From NCBI GenBank assembly GCA_040830765.1, contig JBFOMH010000005.1:352001-416000 (forward strand): DNA of 64,000 nt, read 5' to 3'. The translations under genes were made by a program, and so were the position numbers. Position 1 is the first letter of the stretch. Each line of letters opens with the position of its first letter. Shown piece by piece: positions 9,813 to 18,630 of this stretch. The notes beneath the pieces were generated by a model. That model searched no databases and was not told where the DNA came from. It was given only the letters and a program-made list of their open reading frames with translations. This DNA comes from Puniceicoccaceae bacterium (lineage in GTDB: Bacteria > Verrucomicrobiota > Verrucomicrobiia > Opitutales > Oceanipulchritudinaceae).

Positions 9813-11282
9813 CTAATACTTGATGCGTTTTCCCTCCTTCAAATTCCCGGAAGACCGAACGATTACCCGATCACCAGGCAACAGGCCGGATTGGATAAAA
9901 GCGTATCCATCACGCTCTTCACCGAGGAGTGCGACCTCGCGCAACGAGGCCCGATTTCCATCGGGGGCGACTACCCAGGTAGAGGCTCTTTGTCCATTCC
10001 GGTCAAACAAGGCAGCCACCGGAACCAGTAACCGGAGGCCGGTTGAGGAACCGGAAACCATGGTTTCTGCAGATGCCTTGACCGGTGTCCCATCCGATCC
10101 TACGACCTTGCTGTCGAGGAAGCGGGCCCGGCAAAGGATCTCCGGACGCAAGGTGGCAGGCGGATTCTCGATTTTCACCTTCACCTGAAGCGTGTTTCTC
10201 TGCAGGTCGGCTTCTCCCACGATGCGCTGGATATAGCCACGCAGCTCCTGTCCGGGAAGGAATTCACTTTCCACGAGGACAGCTTGACCCGGCACCAATC
10301 GGTAAGCCTCGGCAATCGGAACATCAATACGTGCCTGCAGGTGTTCCGGCTGATAAAGTAGTGCCACGGTGGCCGACTCAGGATTGTCCGCCATCAAGAC
10401 CTTTTTCTGACCCGGGGCCACCATCAGGCGCTGGACAATTCCCGTCACCGGGGCCCGGATGACCATGCGGTCATACTCCAGTTTGGCCGTCGCCAGCCTG
10501 ACCTGCGCTTCCTCGACCATGCTTTGCCGGAGTTGCAACTGCCGATCCAGGCGCTCCGTTTCAATTTCCCTTTCCCGCAGTTGAGCCTGCAAGGCGATAA
10601 GGGCCTGTTCCTGGGTCTTCAGGCGGAGCTTGGCCTGGATGATTTCCTGCTCGGCCATAATCTCCGCACCCAGCTCATCGGCCCGCTCTGCAAGGTCAGC
10701 CAGTTCCTGGCGACGCGATTTCGCGACCTCTATCTGCTGCCGCATACTCTCGACGCGGGCACGGGCCAGCTCCTGTTCGCTGGTGGCGGCTTCGAGGGAG
10801 GCTTGCATTGCCTCAAGATTGGCGGCAGCTGTTTGCATCTTCAATTCGGCATCATCCCGGATGAGGGTTGCTATCGGTTCACCAGCTTCAACTGGTTGAC
10901 CTTCAAGGACCTGGACGCTTTCCACGACCCCACTGGCCAGGGCTGTTGCCCGGTATGGGAAGGGATCCGACTCGAACCAACCGGATGCCTGAAACAGGGA
11001 AGCGCTGGCGTAGGCATCGTCGGTTTGCGGGCCTGCACTTGGCGCGGATGCTGTCGGGACCGCTCCCGCCTCCGGCAAAGTCACAACGGTCTCAACCTCT
11101 ACACCCACGGCTGGGAAAAAACGATCTCCAAACAAGAGGAGGAATAGCAGGACTGCCACAGCTGCGAAGAGCCAGGGTGCCTGCTTGATTAGGAGCCGCT
11201 TTAAGTGCGGCTTGCGGGGTGGTTTCGGTGGAGAACTCCCGCTGGGTTGCTTTCGGCTAATTGCCTTTAATTTGTCATCCAT
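9813..11282 (-). CDS. Efflux periplasmic adaptor (HlyD/MacA-like membrane fusion protein)
   Basis: N-terminal TM helix, [24 protein letters not shown], long coiled coil, [20 protein letters not shown]. Confidence 0.92.
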   Translation of the reverse strand: MDDKLKAISRKQPSGSSPPKPPRKPHLKRLLIKQAPWLFAAVAVLLFLLLFGDRFFPAVGVEVETVVTLPEAGAVPTASAPSAGPQTDDAYASASLFQASGWFESDPFPYRATALASGVVESVQVLEGQPVEAGEPIATLIRDDAELKMQTAAANLEAMQASLEAATSEQELARARVESMRQQIEVAKSRRQELADLAERADELGAEIMAEQEIIQAKLRLKTQEQALIALQAQLREREIETERLDRQLQLRQSMVEEAQVRLATAKLEYDRMVIRAPVTGIVQRLMVAPGQKKVLMADNPESATVALLYQPEHLQARIDVPIAEAYRLVPGQAVLVESEFLPGQELRGYIQRIVGEADLQRNTLQVKVKIENPPATLRPEILCRARFLDSKVVGSDGTPVKASAETMVSGSSTGLRLLVPVAALFDRNGQRASTWVVAPDGNRASLREVALLGEERDGYAFIQSGLLPGDRVIVRSSGNLKEGKRIKY

Positions 11283-11288
11283 GATTTA

Positions 11289-11395
11289 TCTGAATAAGGT
11301 GAGCGATTCCTCGAGAATCGTGTACGCGAAACCGCTGCTTGGGCAGCGATTACCTAATACCGGATCCGCCAATTGGCGGCATCCGCTTATTCAGA
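11289..11395 (-). promoter_or_regulatory. Candidate structured cis-regulatory RNA between the leader ORF and the exporter operon
   Basis: Perfect 10-bp outer stem TCTGAATAAG/CTTATTCAGA enclosing three hairpins (11304-11320, 11333-11348, 11361-11385); ends 6 nt before the ATG at 11282. Confidence 0.55.
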
Positions 11396-11400
11396 CTGGA

Positions 11401-11793
11401 TCACAAATTCCAGCTGGACAGAAAAGCTCTCGGTGGAGCGTTCGGCAGAAAGTGTCCCTCTTCGAAGATCCGGGTCTCTCCATCATCAAGAATCGACTGA
11501 GCCGGCATCAGGCTCTTGGCGGGTATCGGTGTCAGGTGCAGGATAGTTCCATTCCACAGTTCTTTAACCTGTTCGCTGGTACCTTCAGCTGGCATTTCCC
11601 CGGTGACACAGCACGGACAAACATGGCCATCTGATCCACAACCGGTTGTCAGTGGCTCTTCCTCAATGGGCATGCTACAGCAACTCTTGACCGGTTCCGG
11701 CTCACAATCTGACGAATTGCACAATGGCTGAATGCCCCAGACCTGTGTCTGGAGTAGGGCCATCAGGATTGTCACTGTGCGCAACATCATCAT
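11401..11793 (-). CDS. Small Cys-rich leader protein (DUF2946-like architecture) with C-terminal APP motif
   Basis: AGGAG RBS before ATG 11793; hydrophobic N-terminus; C-x4-C, CC and C-x6-CPCC; ends LPNAPPRAFLSSWNL. Confidence 0.65.
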   Translation of the reverse strand: MMMLRTVTILMALLQTQVWGIQPLCNSSDCEPEPVKSCCSMPIEEEPLTTGCGSDGHVCPCCVTGEMPAEGTSEQVKELWNGTILHLTPIPAKSLMPAQSILDDGETRIFEEGHFLPNAPPRAFLSSWNL

Positions 11794-11905
11794 TTTGCTC
11801 CTATATTTTACAGGAATTGTCAAGGTGGAGCCCGGTTTTGGATAGCTATTGGCCAAACTCCCTGCTAAAATGAGCATCTGTCAGCTTGATTTATTCCATC
11901 ATTTG

Positions 11906-12697
11906 ATGATCCGGATTCCGACAGTTCAATTGACCGGGCTCATTGCCGGTGCGATAGCCGCCCTTCTTGGGGGCTGCGAAACGACGGAAGTCAACAGGGC
12001 CCCGCAGATTGTCAACGCCCCCGTACTAGATTATCCAGCTGGGGCCATCATGCAACTGGAAGAAGGTGTCGTCGTTGTTCGCTTCAAGGTCATGGAGGAT
12101 GGTACAACGGGCGATTTCAATCTTCGCCAGTCCTCTGGTTCCGACCTTCTGGACCAGGAGGGCCTCGCTTTTGTACGGCGATTGGAATGCGAACCGGCCA
12201 TCGTCAACGGCAATCCTGCCGTGGCCTGGGTGGACCAGAGCGTGGTCTTCGATATCGTCAGGAATCATGTCGATCCTGTGGAATGGAGCTCCAGTACCAT
12301 TGACCTCGTTCACCAATTGGATGACAGCCAATCGGATTATCAGTTGGGCCTGGAAGAGCGCTTATACAAAAAGTGCGGGGACTACATGAGTTCCATCATA
12401 ACCCGCCCAAACCTCGTCCTCTACCACTACGCTCTCGATCTGGTCTCGGATTCGGTTCGGGAACGCTGGGCGGTTTATGGCGACACTTTCCCCATGAGCT
12501 TCCTCATGTTTGATGACTTTGTAACCCGCTTGACCGGGTCACAACTGATGGACCGCGCCCGGACACAGTTGATATGGGCCCTCGAGGTTGACATACAGCG
12601 CATAGATGACCGCACCGTCGAAGAAGTGGATCCCTCGCTTCAACAGCTTAAAAAGGACCTTCAGGCCTACTTGGAAGTCATTACAAGCGCCACTTGA
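11906..12697 (+). CDS. TonB C-terminal domain lipoprotein with an extra helical C-terminal domain
   Basis: Lipobox LLGGC; YPAGAIMQLEEGVVVVRFKVMEDG...SSGSDLLDQEGLAFV...PAIVNGNP is TonB_C-like. Start taken at ATG 11906. Confidence 0.8.
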   Translation: MIRIPTVQLTGLIAGAIAALLGGCETTEVNRAPQIVNAPVLDYPAGAIMQLEEGVVVVRFKVMEDGTTGDFNLRQSSGSDLLDQEGLAFVRRLECEPAIVNGNPAVAWVDQSVVFDIVRNHVDPVEWSSSTIDLVHQLDDSQSDYQLGLEERLYKKCGDYMSSIITRPNLVLYHYALDLVSDSVRERWAVYGDTFPMSFLMFDDFVTRLTGSQLMDRARTQLIWALEVDIQRIDDRTVEEVDPSLQQLKKDLQAYLEVITSAT

Positions 12698-12780
12698 GGA
12701 GCTTTTTCAAATCCCCCCTCAAAAACCCATTGACAAGCCTTTCCCCTCCCCCCTTATTTCTCGTTTTCCACTGGAAAAGT

Positions 12781-12855
12781 TGCTCAGTAGCTCAGTGGTA
12801 GAGCAGGTGGCTGTTAACCACTTGGTCGCAGGTTCGAATCCTGCCTGAGCAGCCA
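12781..12855 (+). tRNA. tRNA-Asn (GTT)
   Basis: Acceptor stem TGCTCAG/CTGAGCA, D arm GCTCAGTGGTAGAGC, anticodon arm GTGG-CTGTTAA-CCAC, T loop GGTTCGAATCC, encoded CCA. TTGACA upstream at 12730. Confidence 0.97.
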
Positions 12856-12864
12856 TTATCTTTT

Positions 12865-12893
12865 AGCGTGTCTCTGTCGGGGCGCGTTTTTTT
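12865..12893 (+). terminator. Probable intrinsic terminator after tRNA-Asn
   Basis: AGCGTGTCTC-TGTC-GGGGCGCGTT stem with several G:U pairs, followed by a T run. Confidence 0.55.
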
Positions 12894-13026
12894 GTGCTCA
12901 GTGGTAGAGACTCTGCAATATCCCGAATAATGTCTAGAAATCAGTTGCCTGAGTCGCCGAGACCTAACAGCCGGTATCACGCCTTGACTCGGGCAAGGGC
13001 ATGGGATTGCCTGCAAGCTCTCTCTG

Positions 13027-13893
13027 ATGATTGTACAAATCCTGCTCCCTCTCATTCTCGCGTTCATCATGTTCTCCCTCGGGCTCGGCCTGACGAAGGG
13101 AGACTTTGCCCGGGTGCTCCAGTTCCCGAAGGCCTTTGCGATGGGGATCACCAACCAGTTGGTCCTGCTTCCGCTGATTGCCTTCGGTTTGATCAAGGCG
13201 TTTGGTTTCACCGGTGACATGGCTGTTGGCATTATGATCCTCTCCTTTTGCCCTGGCGGGGTGACCTCCAACGTGCTGACAAAAGTTGCCCGTGGAAATA
13301 CGCCCCTTTCGATCTCCTTGACGGCAGTGGTCAGCCTGACATCCATTGTGACGGTGCCCATTCTGGTGGTCCTTTCCGTGGACTACTTCATGGGTGTGGA
13401 TGCCCCCGAGGTGAATATTCACCGACTGGGCTTCACGATGTTTCTCATCACTGCCCTTCCCGTTCTCCTCGGCATGCTCTTGACCGCCAAGAAGCCCGCT
13501 CTGGTGGACCGGATCGCCAATGGTGTTTCGAAGGCTGCCATGGTGCTGTTTGTCCTCATCATCGCTGCCGCCTTGGCCAAGAACTGGGATGTCTTCTACG
13601 GCAACCTGCCAGCGCTGGGTGAGGCCTTGGTATTGTTGAATGTCATCATGCTGGCCCTTGGGCTGATGACCGCCTATGCCGCTAAGCTGGGTCCTGCCGA
13701 TGCGACGACCATTTCCATCGAATCGGGCGTGCAGAACGGCACGCTCGGCATTGCCATTGGTTCGCTTCTTGTTCTCAACGCAACCGAGGCCCTGCCACCG
13801 ACAACTGTGCCTGCGGCTGTTTACAGCATCATCATGTATGCCGTCTCCCTCCCCTTCGTCTTCTGGCGCCGAAAAAGAGCAGCCTCCCATTAA
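13027..13893 (+). CDS. Bile acid:sodium symporter family (SBF/ASBT) transporter
   Basis: IMFSLGLGL, CPGGVTSN, ESGVQNGTL motifs; about 9 TM helices. Confidence 0.92.
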   Translation: MIVQILLPLILAFIMFSLGLGLTKGDFARVLQFPKAFAMGITNQLVLLPLIAFGLIKAFGFTGDMAVGIMILSFCPGGVTSNVLTKVARGNTPLSISLTAVVSLTSIVTVPILVVLSVDYFMGVDAPEVNIHRLGFTMFLITALPVLLGMLLTAKKPALVDRIANGVSKAAMVLFVLIIAAALAKNWDVFYGNLPALGEALVLLNVIMLALGLMTAYAAKLGPADATTISIESGVQNGTLGIAIGSLLVLNATEALPPTTVPAAVYSIIMYAVSLPFVFWRRKRAASH

Positions 13894-14843
13894 TTCCCGG
13901 CGAGCAACTGCGACCGATGTTCGCTCGGGGAGACTCCCCTGACCCGCTTGAAGGCTGAACTAAGCGCAAAGGCGCTACTGTAGCCGACCTGCTCGGCAAT
14001 CTCTTCCAGCGTGGCCGCTGGCTCGGAAAGCAGGTCCGCGGCCAAGGCTAGTCGCCACTGGGTCAGGAAGGTCATGGGCGGCTCGCCGACAACCTCATTG
14101 AAGCGACGCGCGAGGGCAGCCCGGGACAACCCGACCTTGGCCGCGAGCGAATCCAATGTCCATGCGTGGGCCGGGTCCTGGTGCAGCATCTTCAAAACGC
14201 GGCTGATAACCTGATCGCCCTTGGCCTGATACCAGGGGGAATTCTTTGTCTCATTGGCTTCGAGCCACTTCCTGAGGATGGCGATAAGTAACATATCAAG
14301 GAGGCGGTCCAGCACCGCCGCCTGCCCGGGGGCATCCCGTTCCATCTCGACATTCAACCAGTCGATCAATGGGGATTCCCAATCTTCCTTTTTCACCCAG
14401 AGGATCGGCGGGAGGATATTGCGCAGCCGGTCACTGACAGCTGTCTTGGATTCATAACTCCCGATCAACATCAAGGAGGGAGCATCCGGATCGTTGCCCC
14501 AGGTCCGCACGCCAAGCATCATCTCGTCATGGAGCGAACGCCCGTCCGGCGCGCGGCAGTCCTGTCCCGGCAACACGAAAATGGTGGGCTCGGTGTCCGG
14601 GTGATCGGCGATTGTATAATCACCCGGTGCCCGGGTAATGGCTACATCGCCCGGCTCCAGCCAGACGGATTCTCCGTTGTCATGTGCGATATGGCAGCGA
14701 CCGCGGACCATGGCAATCAGGGTCAGGGGCGAATCCGCCTCGATACGCAAGCTCCAAGGGGAGGCCATTAAACCCCTCAGGGTAAAGGCTCCGCGGGCCC
14801 GGGGCCCCTCCAGCAAGCCGCTGAATTCGTCGATTTCCTTCAT
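13890..14843 (-). CDS. AraC family transcriptional regulator with cupin N-terminal domain
   Basis: DPAHAWTLDSLAAKVGLSRAALARRF...GEPPMTFLTQWRL...IAEQVGYSSAFALSSAFKRVRGVSP. Confidence 0.95.
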   Translation of the reverse strand: MKEIDEFSGLLEGPRARGAFTLRGLMASPWSLRIEADSPLTLIAMVRGRCHIAHDNGESVWLEPGDVAITRAPGDYTIADHPDTEPTIFVLPGQDCRAPDGRSLHDEMMLGVRTWGNDPDAPSLMLIGSYESKTAVSDRLRNILPPILWVKKEDWESPLIDWLNVEMERDAPGQAAVLDRLLDMLLIAILRKWLEANETKNSPWYQAKGDQVISRVLKMLHQDPAHAWTLDSLAAKVGLSRAALARRFNEVVGEPPMTFLTQWRLALAADLLSEPAATLEEIAEQVGYSSAFALSSAFKRVRGVSPSEHRSQLLAGN

Positions 14844-14918
14844 ATGAGACGATTTCGTATGTTGTTGAGCATCGGGGCTATGGTCTGGCTGGTCGTTAGG
14901 TTGTAAAGTCTAGGCACT

Positions 14919-15770
14919 ATGACAAATACAACTCAAACCAACAAAGATCAAATCGACCCGACGGTTCTCGTCATCGGGGCAAAAGGTAAAACCGGACGCC
15001 ACGTGGCCGGGAAACTGCGGGCCGCCAATATTAATGTCAAGGCCGCCTCACGGTCGGACGAGACCCACTTCGACTGGGATGACATCTCCACTTGGGCGCC
15101 TGCCCTGTCGGGGACAACCGGTGCCTACATCACGGTCTATCCCGACCTTTCGTTCCCGGGAGTGGCCGACAAGATTGAGGCCTTTGCCAAGCTGGCAGTC
15201 GAACTCGGCACCAAGCGCCTGGTTCTGCTTTCAGGTCGCGGCGAAGAAGGTGCCCGGGATGCTGAAAACCGCCTGAAAAATTCCGGTGCCGAGTGGGTCA
15301 TTGTCCGCTGCTCGGTCTTCAACCAGAATTTCAGCGAGTCGTTCCAGGAAGCCATCAAGCACGGTCACCTATCAATGCCGGTCGGGGAGATCCAGGAGCC
15401 GTTCATTGATACCGAGGATATCGCGGATGTTGCGGTAGCGGCCTTTCTGGATGAAAAGCATATCGGGCAAGTCTACGAGCTGTCAGGTCCCCGGCTCTTG
15501 TCCATGGAAGACGTGGCCAGGGATTTGACTAATGCTCTTGGTCGCCCGGTCGTTTTCAAATCGGTCTCGGTTGAGGCATATGCCCAGGAACTGGTTCAGC
15601 ACGGATTTTCGGAGGAAGAATCCCTGCCGGTGGCAGAGCTCATCGCGGATGTCCTCGATGGACGCAATGCCTACCTTGTTGATGGAGTCCAGCTGGCCCT
15701 TGGCCGCGCACCCAAGGACTTTGCTGATTATGCGCGGGATGCTGCCACAGCAGGTGTCTGGGACCTCTAA
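14919..15770 (+). CDS. NmrA-like NAD(P)-binding protein (atypical SDR)
   Basis: VLVIGAKGKTG Rossmann motif; FIDTEDIADVA; YELSGPRLLS. Confidence 0.9.
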   Translation: MTNTTQTNKDQIDPTVLVIGAKGKTGRHVAGKLRAANINVKAASRSDETHFDWDDISTWAPALSGTTGAYITVYPDLSFPGVADKIEAFAKLAVELGTKRLVLLSGRGEEGARDAENRLKNSGAEWVIVRCSVFNQNFSESFQEAIKHGHLSMPVGEIQEPFIDTEDIADVAVAAFLDEKHIGQVYELSGPRLLSMEDVARDLTNALGRPVVFKSVSVEAYAQELVQHGFSEEESLPVAELIADVLDGRNAYLVDGVQLALGRAPKDFADYARDAATAGVWDL

Positions 15771-15783
15771 CAGGAGAAAAATC

Positions 15784-16260
15784 ATGAATACATTGATGCA
15801 ACTACTCGTCCTTCTCGCTCTTCTCGGTTCAGGCCTCATGGCCGGGGTGTTATACGCCTTCTCGGGCTCCGTCATGGCAGCCCTCGGGAGCATTCCGTCT
15901 GCAGAGGGCATCCGTGCCATGCAGGCAATCAACAAAACCATTCTCAATCCCTTGTTCCTGGGCTCCTTCATCGGGACGGCGGTTGTTTCCGCAGTTCTGG
16001 TCGTCTTTAGTCTATTGGGCCACCTCGGGGACAGTGCTCCGTGGGTCATGGCCGCCTCCCTCCTTTACGTCGTCGGAACCTTTATTGTTACGGCGGCAGG
16101 GAACGTCCCCATGAACGATAAACTCGATACAATGGACCCGGAAACAAGGGATGCCTACTGGCGGATTTACCTCCGTCGCTGGACGCGTCTGAACCACTTC
16201 AGGACGCTTTGCGCCATCACGGCCTGCGCCCTATTCGCCATCTCGCTCATGCAAAACTAA
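15784..16260 (+). CDS. DUF1772 / anthrone oxygenase family membrane protein
   Basis: AGGAG RBS; AGVLYAFSGSVMAAL, AMQAIN, NVPMNDKL, WTRLNHFRT. Confidence 0.88.
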   Translation: MNTLMQLLVLLALLGSGLMAGVLYAFSGSVMAALGSIPSAEGIRAMQAINKTILNPLFLGSFIGTAVVSAVLVVFSLLGHLGDSAPWVMAASLLYVVGTFIVTAAGNVPMNDKLDTMDPETRDAYWRIYLRRWTRLNHFRTLCAITACALFAISLMQN

Positions 16261-16682
16261 TGGATAAACCAATGAACAAAAAAGACATCATCAACACATT
16301 CATCAATGAAGCATTCAACCTTGGAAACACTGCCGTCATCAACGAATTGGTGCACCAGGAATACTACTACACGTCACCGTCCGACGAATTGAATGGAACA
16401 GCTGAGCTGGCAGCTTTCGTTTCCGCTCTTCGCGAAGCATTCCCGGACCTTTCGGTCAAGGTCGTCGACCAGGTCGAGGAAACGGACAAGGTCTGCACGC
16501 GCCTGACCATAGAGGGCACGCACCTGGGCCCTTTCCTGGATATCCCCGCAAGCGGTAACTCCATCAACATCGAGGGAGTTGTCTTCAGTCGCTTCAAGGA
16601 CGGCCTCATTCACGAGGAGTGGGAACTGCTCGATCAGTATAACTTCCTCTCCCAGTTAGGTGTCATCCCGAGTTTGGGCTGA
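16260..16682 (+). CDS. SnoaL-like ester cyclase family protein
   Basis: AFPDLSV, DKVCTRLTIEGTHLGPFLDIPASG, RFKDGLIHEEW. ATG overlaps the upstream TAA; alternative start at 16272. Confidence 0.88.
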   Translation: MDKPMNKKDIINTFINEAFNLGNTAVINELVHQEYYYTSPSDELNGTAELAAFVSALREAFPDLSVKVVDQVEETDKVCTRLTIEGTHLGPFLDIPASGNSINIEGVVFSRFKDGLIHEEWELLDQYNFLSQLGVIPSLG

Positions 16683-16700
16683 CCCTACCGTTGTTGTTTC

Positions 16701-17264
16701 TCAGATAAACTCGGAGACGATGTCCACTGTCGGCGAGGCGATAACCACTTTCTCCACCAGCAGGCCCTTTTTGGCGATGACCTTGGCCCCGGCATCGACC
16801 GCAGCGGTAACTGCCGCCACATCACCGGTCAGGGTGACAAAGGCCTTCCCGCCGATGGCCATGGCAAGGTGGATGGTGACCAGCTTCACATTGGCGGACT
16901 TGACCGCGATATCGGCAGCCTCGATGACGGAGGTCACACTGAAGCCCTCAATGACCCCAAGGGCCCCAATTTCCGGCATGTGGGTCACTCCGCTGATCGC
17001 CGGAAAGACATCGGGATGGACATTGGCAATGACGAAGTGGTCCACACAGGTGTGGGCGGCCGCCAGTACGCCAGCATCAATACTGGCGTTGACGGCAGAT
17101 ACAGAGCCCCCGATGAGGATCATGTACTTGCCCGGACAGATTGTCCGGTTGACGATAATTTCCACATCCGCGGCCTTCATGATCGCATCCGCGGCATAAA
17201 TCCCGCGGGCAATACTGGAGGTTTCCACCAGGCCGACTGCATTCCCTTTTTGTTTCAGGTTCAT
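16701..17264 (-). CDS. pduT: Tandem-domain bacterial microcompartment shell protein (BMC-T), PduT-like
   Basis: Two BMC domains (AVGLVET...AADAIMKAADV; ALGVIE...AADIAVKSANV...GGKAFVTLTGDVAAV); TICPGK retains the PduT Fe-S ligand Cys. Confidence 0.88.
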   Translation of the reverse strand: MNLKQKGNAVGLVETSSIARGIYAADAIMKAADVEIIVNRTICPGKYMILIGGSVSAVNASIDAGVLAAAHTCVDHFVIANVHPDVFPAISGVTHMPEIGALGVIEGFSVTSVIEAADIAVKSANVKLVTIHLAMAIGGKAFVTLTGDVAAVTAAVDAGAKVIAKKGLLVEKVVIASPTVDIVSEFI

Positions 17265-17286
17265 CTTAAATGGTTTCTCTTGGGGT

Positions 17287-18630
17287 TCAGGCTGAAATAG
17301 TCACGCTGGATGCAGAGACGGCGGTTACCCGTCCGGATATGCCTGTGTGAACCGGACAGCCGAGCTGGTCCTGCGGAGTCACACCGACCGCATCGCCCGC
17401 TTTCACCATCTCGCCAACCGACACGGTGGCCTCGGCCGGCGCTCCGATATGTTGGCGGAGCGGAATGGTCACGGAAGCCGGCTTGAGGGCGGTTTCCACA
17501 AAACCGGCATGGCGGTCATAGGGCTTCAATCCCAAGCGGGTATATAGAGTACCAATGGGAATCTCCCTCCCCTCGCGGGCTGGATGAATGCCCCGAACCA
17601 ATTGCTCAAGCTCCTCACTGGTCCGGCTGGTGCGGCTCTCCTTCAGAAGGGCCTTCGCATCGACGCACATGTTTTTCGGATCCAGGTGTTCCGGGCAGGC
17701 AATCAGGGAGCAGATATTGCATTCGCAGCAGAACTGCGCCCACAGGCTCAAGCGCTGCTTGGCCTCGCCGGTCATGAGAAGGTTGCGCATGACCTTGTGG
17801 GGCTCGATGGGATAGCCCATAAGGTAGCGGGGACAAAGTTCCGTGCAGAGCGAACACTGGTCGCACTGCCCATGACCGATCCGGGTGTAGGTTTCCTTTC
17901 CGGCAGTCTTGCGCTGCACTAGGTAATGGTCCGGCGGCAGGACAATCAGGCCCCCGATCGTCTTGGTAATCGGTGCCTGCAGATCCTCCGTCCAGCCACC
18001 CATCATTACGCCGCCCGTCAGAATGACGGGATTCTCGCAGGTCAGGCCACCGGCCTGCTCTATGCAGTCGATGATGGATGTCCCTAACGGTACCTTTATG
18101 GTCTGCGGTTCCTTGACTTCCCCGGTTACCGTGAGCCATTTCTCAAAGACAGGAATTCCCTGCGCGGCCTTGGCCACGTTGACGATGGTCTCGACGTTAT
18201 CGACGACGCAACCGACGTCGAGTGGCAGGCCCCCCGGCGGTATCAAACGCCCGCTGACGGCATGAACAAGGACGTATTCATCGCCCGCCGGGTAGACGTT
18301 CGGGTAAACCAGGGACTCAAACCCGTGGGCGTCCATCATGGTCTGAAGGACATCGACGACGTCGGCATTCTTCTCCTTGACGCAGACCGTCACGACCTCT
18401 GCCCCGGTAACCGCTTTCATGACCGCCAGTCCTTCAATGAAGAGCCGAGCCTCTTCCAGCATGACCGTCCGGTCCTTGTAGAGCAACGGCTCACACTCGG
18501 CCCCGTTGGCAATCAAATGCTCAATCTTGGCGTCCAGCTTCTTAAAGGTCGGAAACCCGGCCCCTCCGGCACCGACCACACCAGCCTGCCGTATCTTGTC
18601 CAGTAGTTTCCTTCGCTCAGTATCAGTCAT
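17287..18630 (-). CDS. pduS: PduS-like (RnfC-related) flavin/4Fe-4S oxidoreductase
   Basis: GVVGAGGAGFPT, NGAECEPLL, SLBB region, CDQCSLCTELCPR, CCECNICSLIACP, C-terminal LRQHIGAPA barrel-sandwich; adjacent to the pduT-like gene. Confidence 0.85.
   Translation of the reverse strand: MTDTERRKLLDKIRQAGVVGAGGAGFPTFKKLDAKIEHLIANGAECEPLLYKDRTVMLEEARLFIEGLAVMKAVTGAEVVTVCVKEKNADVVDVLQTMMDAHGFESLVYPNVYPAGDEYVLVHAVSGRLIPPGGLPLDVGCVVDNVETIVNVAKAAQGIPVFEKWLTVTGEVKEPQTIKVPLGTSIIDCIEQAGGLTCENPVILTGGVMMGGWTEDLQAPITKTIGGLIVLPPDHYLVQRKTAGKETYTRIGHGQCDQCSLCTELCPRYLMGYPIEPHKVMRNLLMTGEAKQRLSLWAQFCCECNICSLIACPEHLDPKNMCVDAKALLKESRTSRTSEELEQLVRGIHPAREGREIPIGTLYTRLGLKPYDRHAGFVETALKPASVTIPLRQHIGAPAEATVSVGEMVKAGDAVGVTPQDQLGCPVHTGISGRVTAVSASSVTISA

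Noticed and set aside
11849..11866. Sigma54-like TTGGC...TGCT upstream of the TonB-C gene
   Set aside because: GG to GC spacing is 11 nt rather than the required 10.
12792..13890. Minus-strand ORFs 12792..13361 and 12964..13890
   Set aside because: They overlap the tRNA or the symporter on the opposite strand and lack recognisable features.
15532..15783. N-terminal extension of the DUF1772 ORF
   Set aside because: It overlaps the NmrA gene; the RBS supports ATG 15784.
12781..16700. Integrative element at tRNA-Asn
   Set aside because: No integrase or transposase, and no duplicated tRNA 3' end was found by eye; only the 14-bp D-arm echo is reported.
17287..18630. RnfC of an Rnf complex
   Set aside because: No rnfABDEG genes; the barrel-sandwich domain is C-terminal and the neighbour is a BMC-T, matching PduS.
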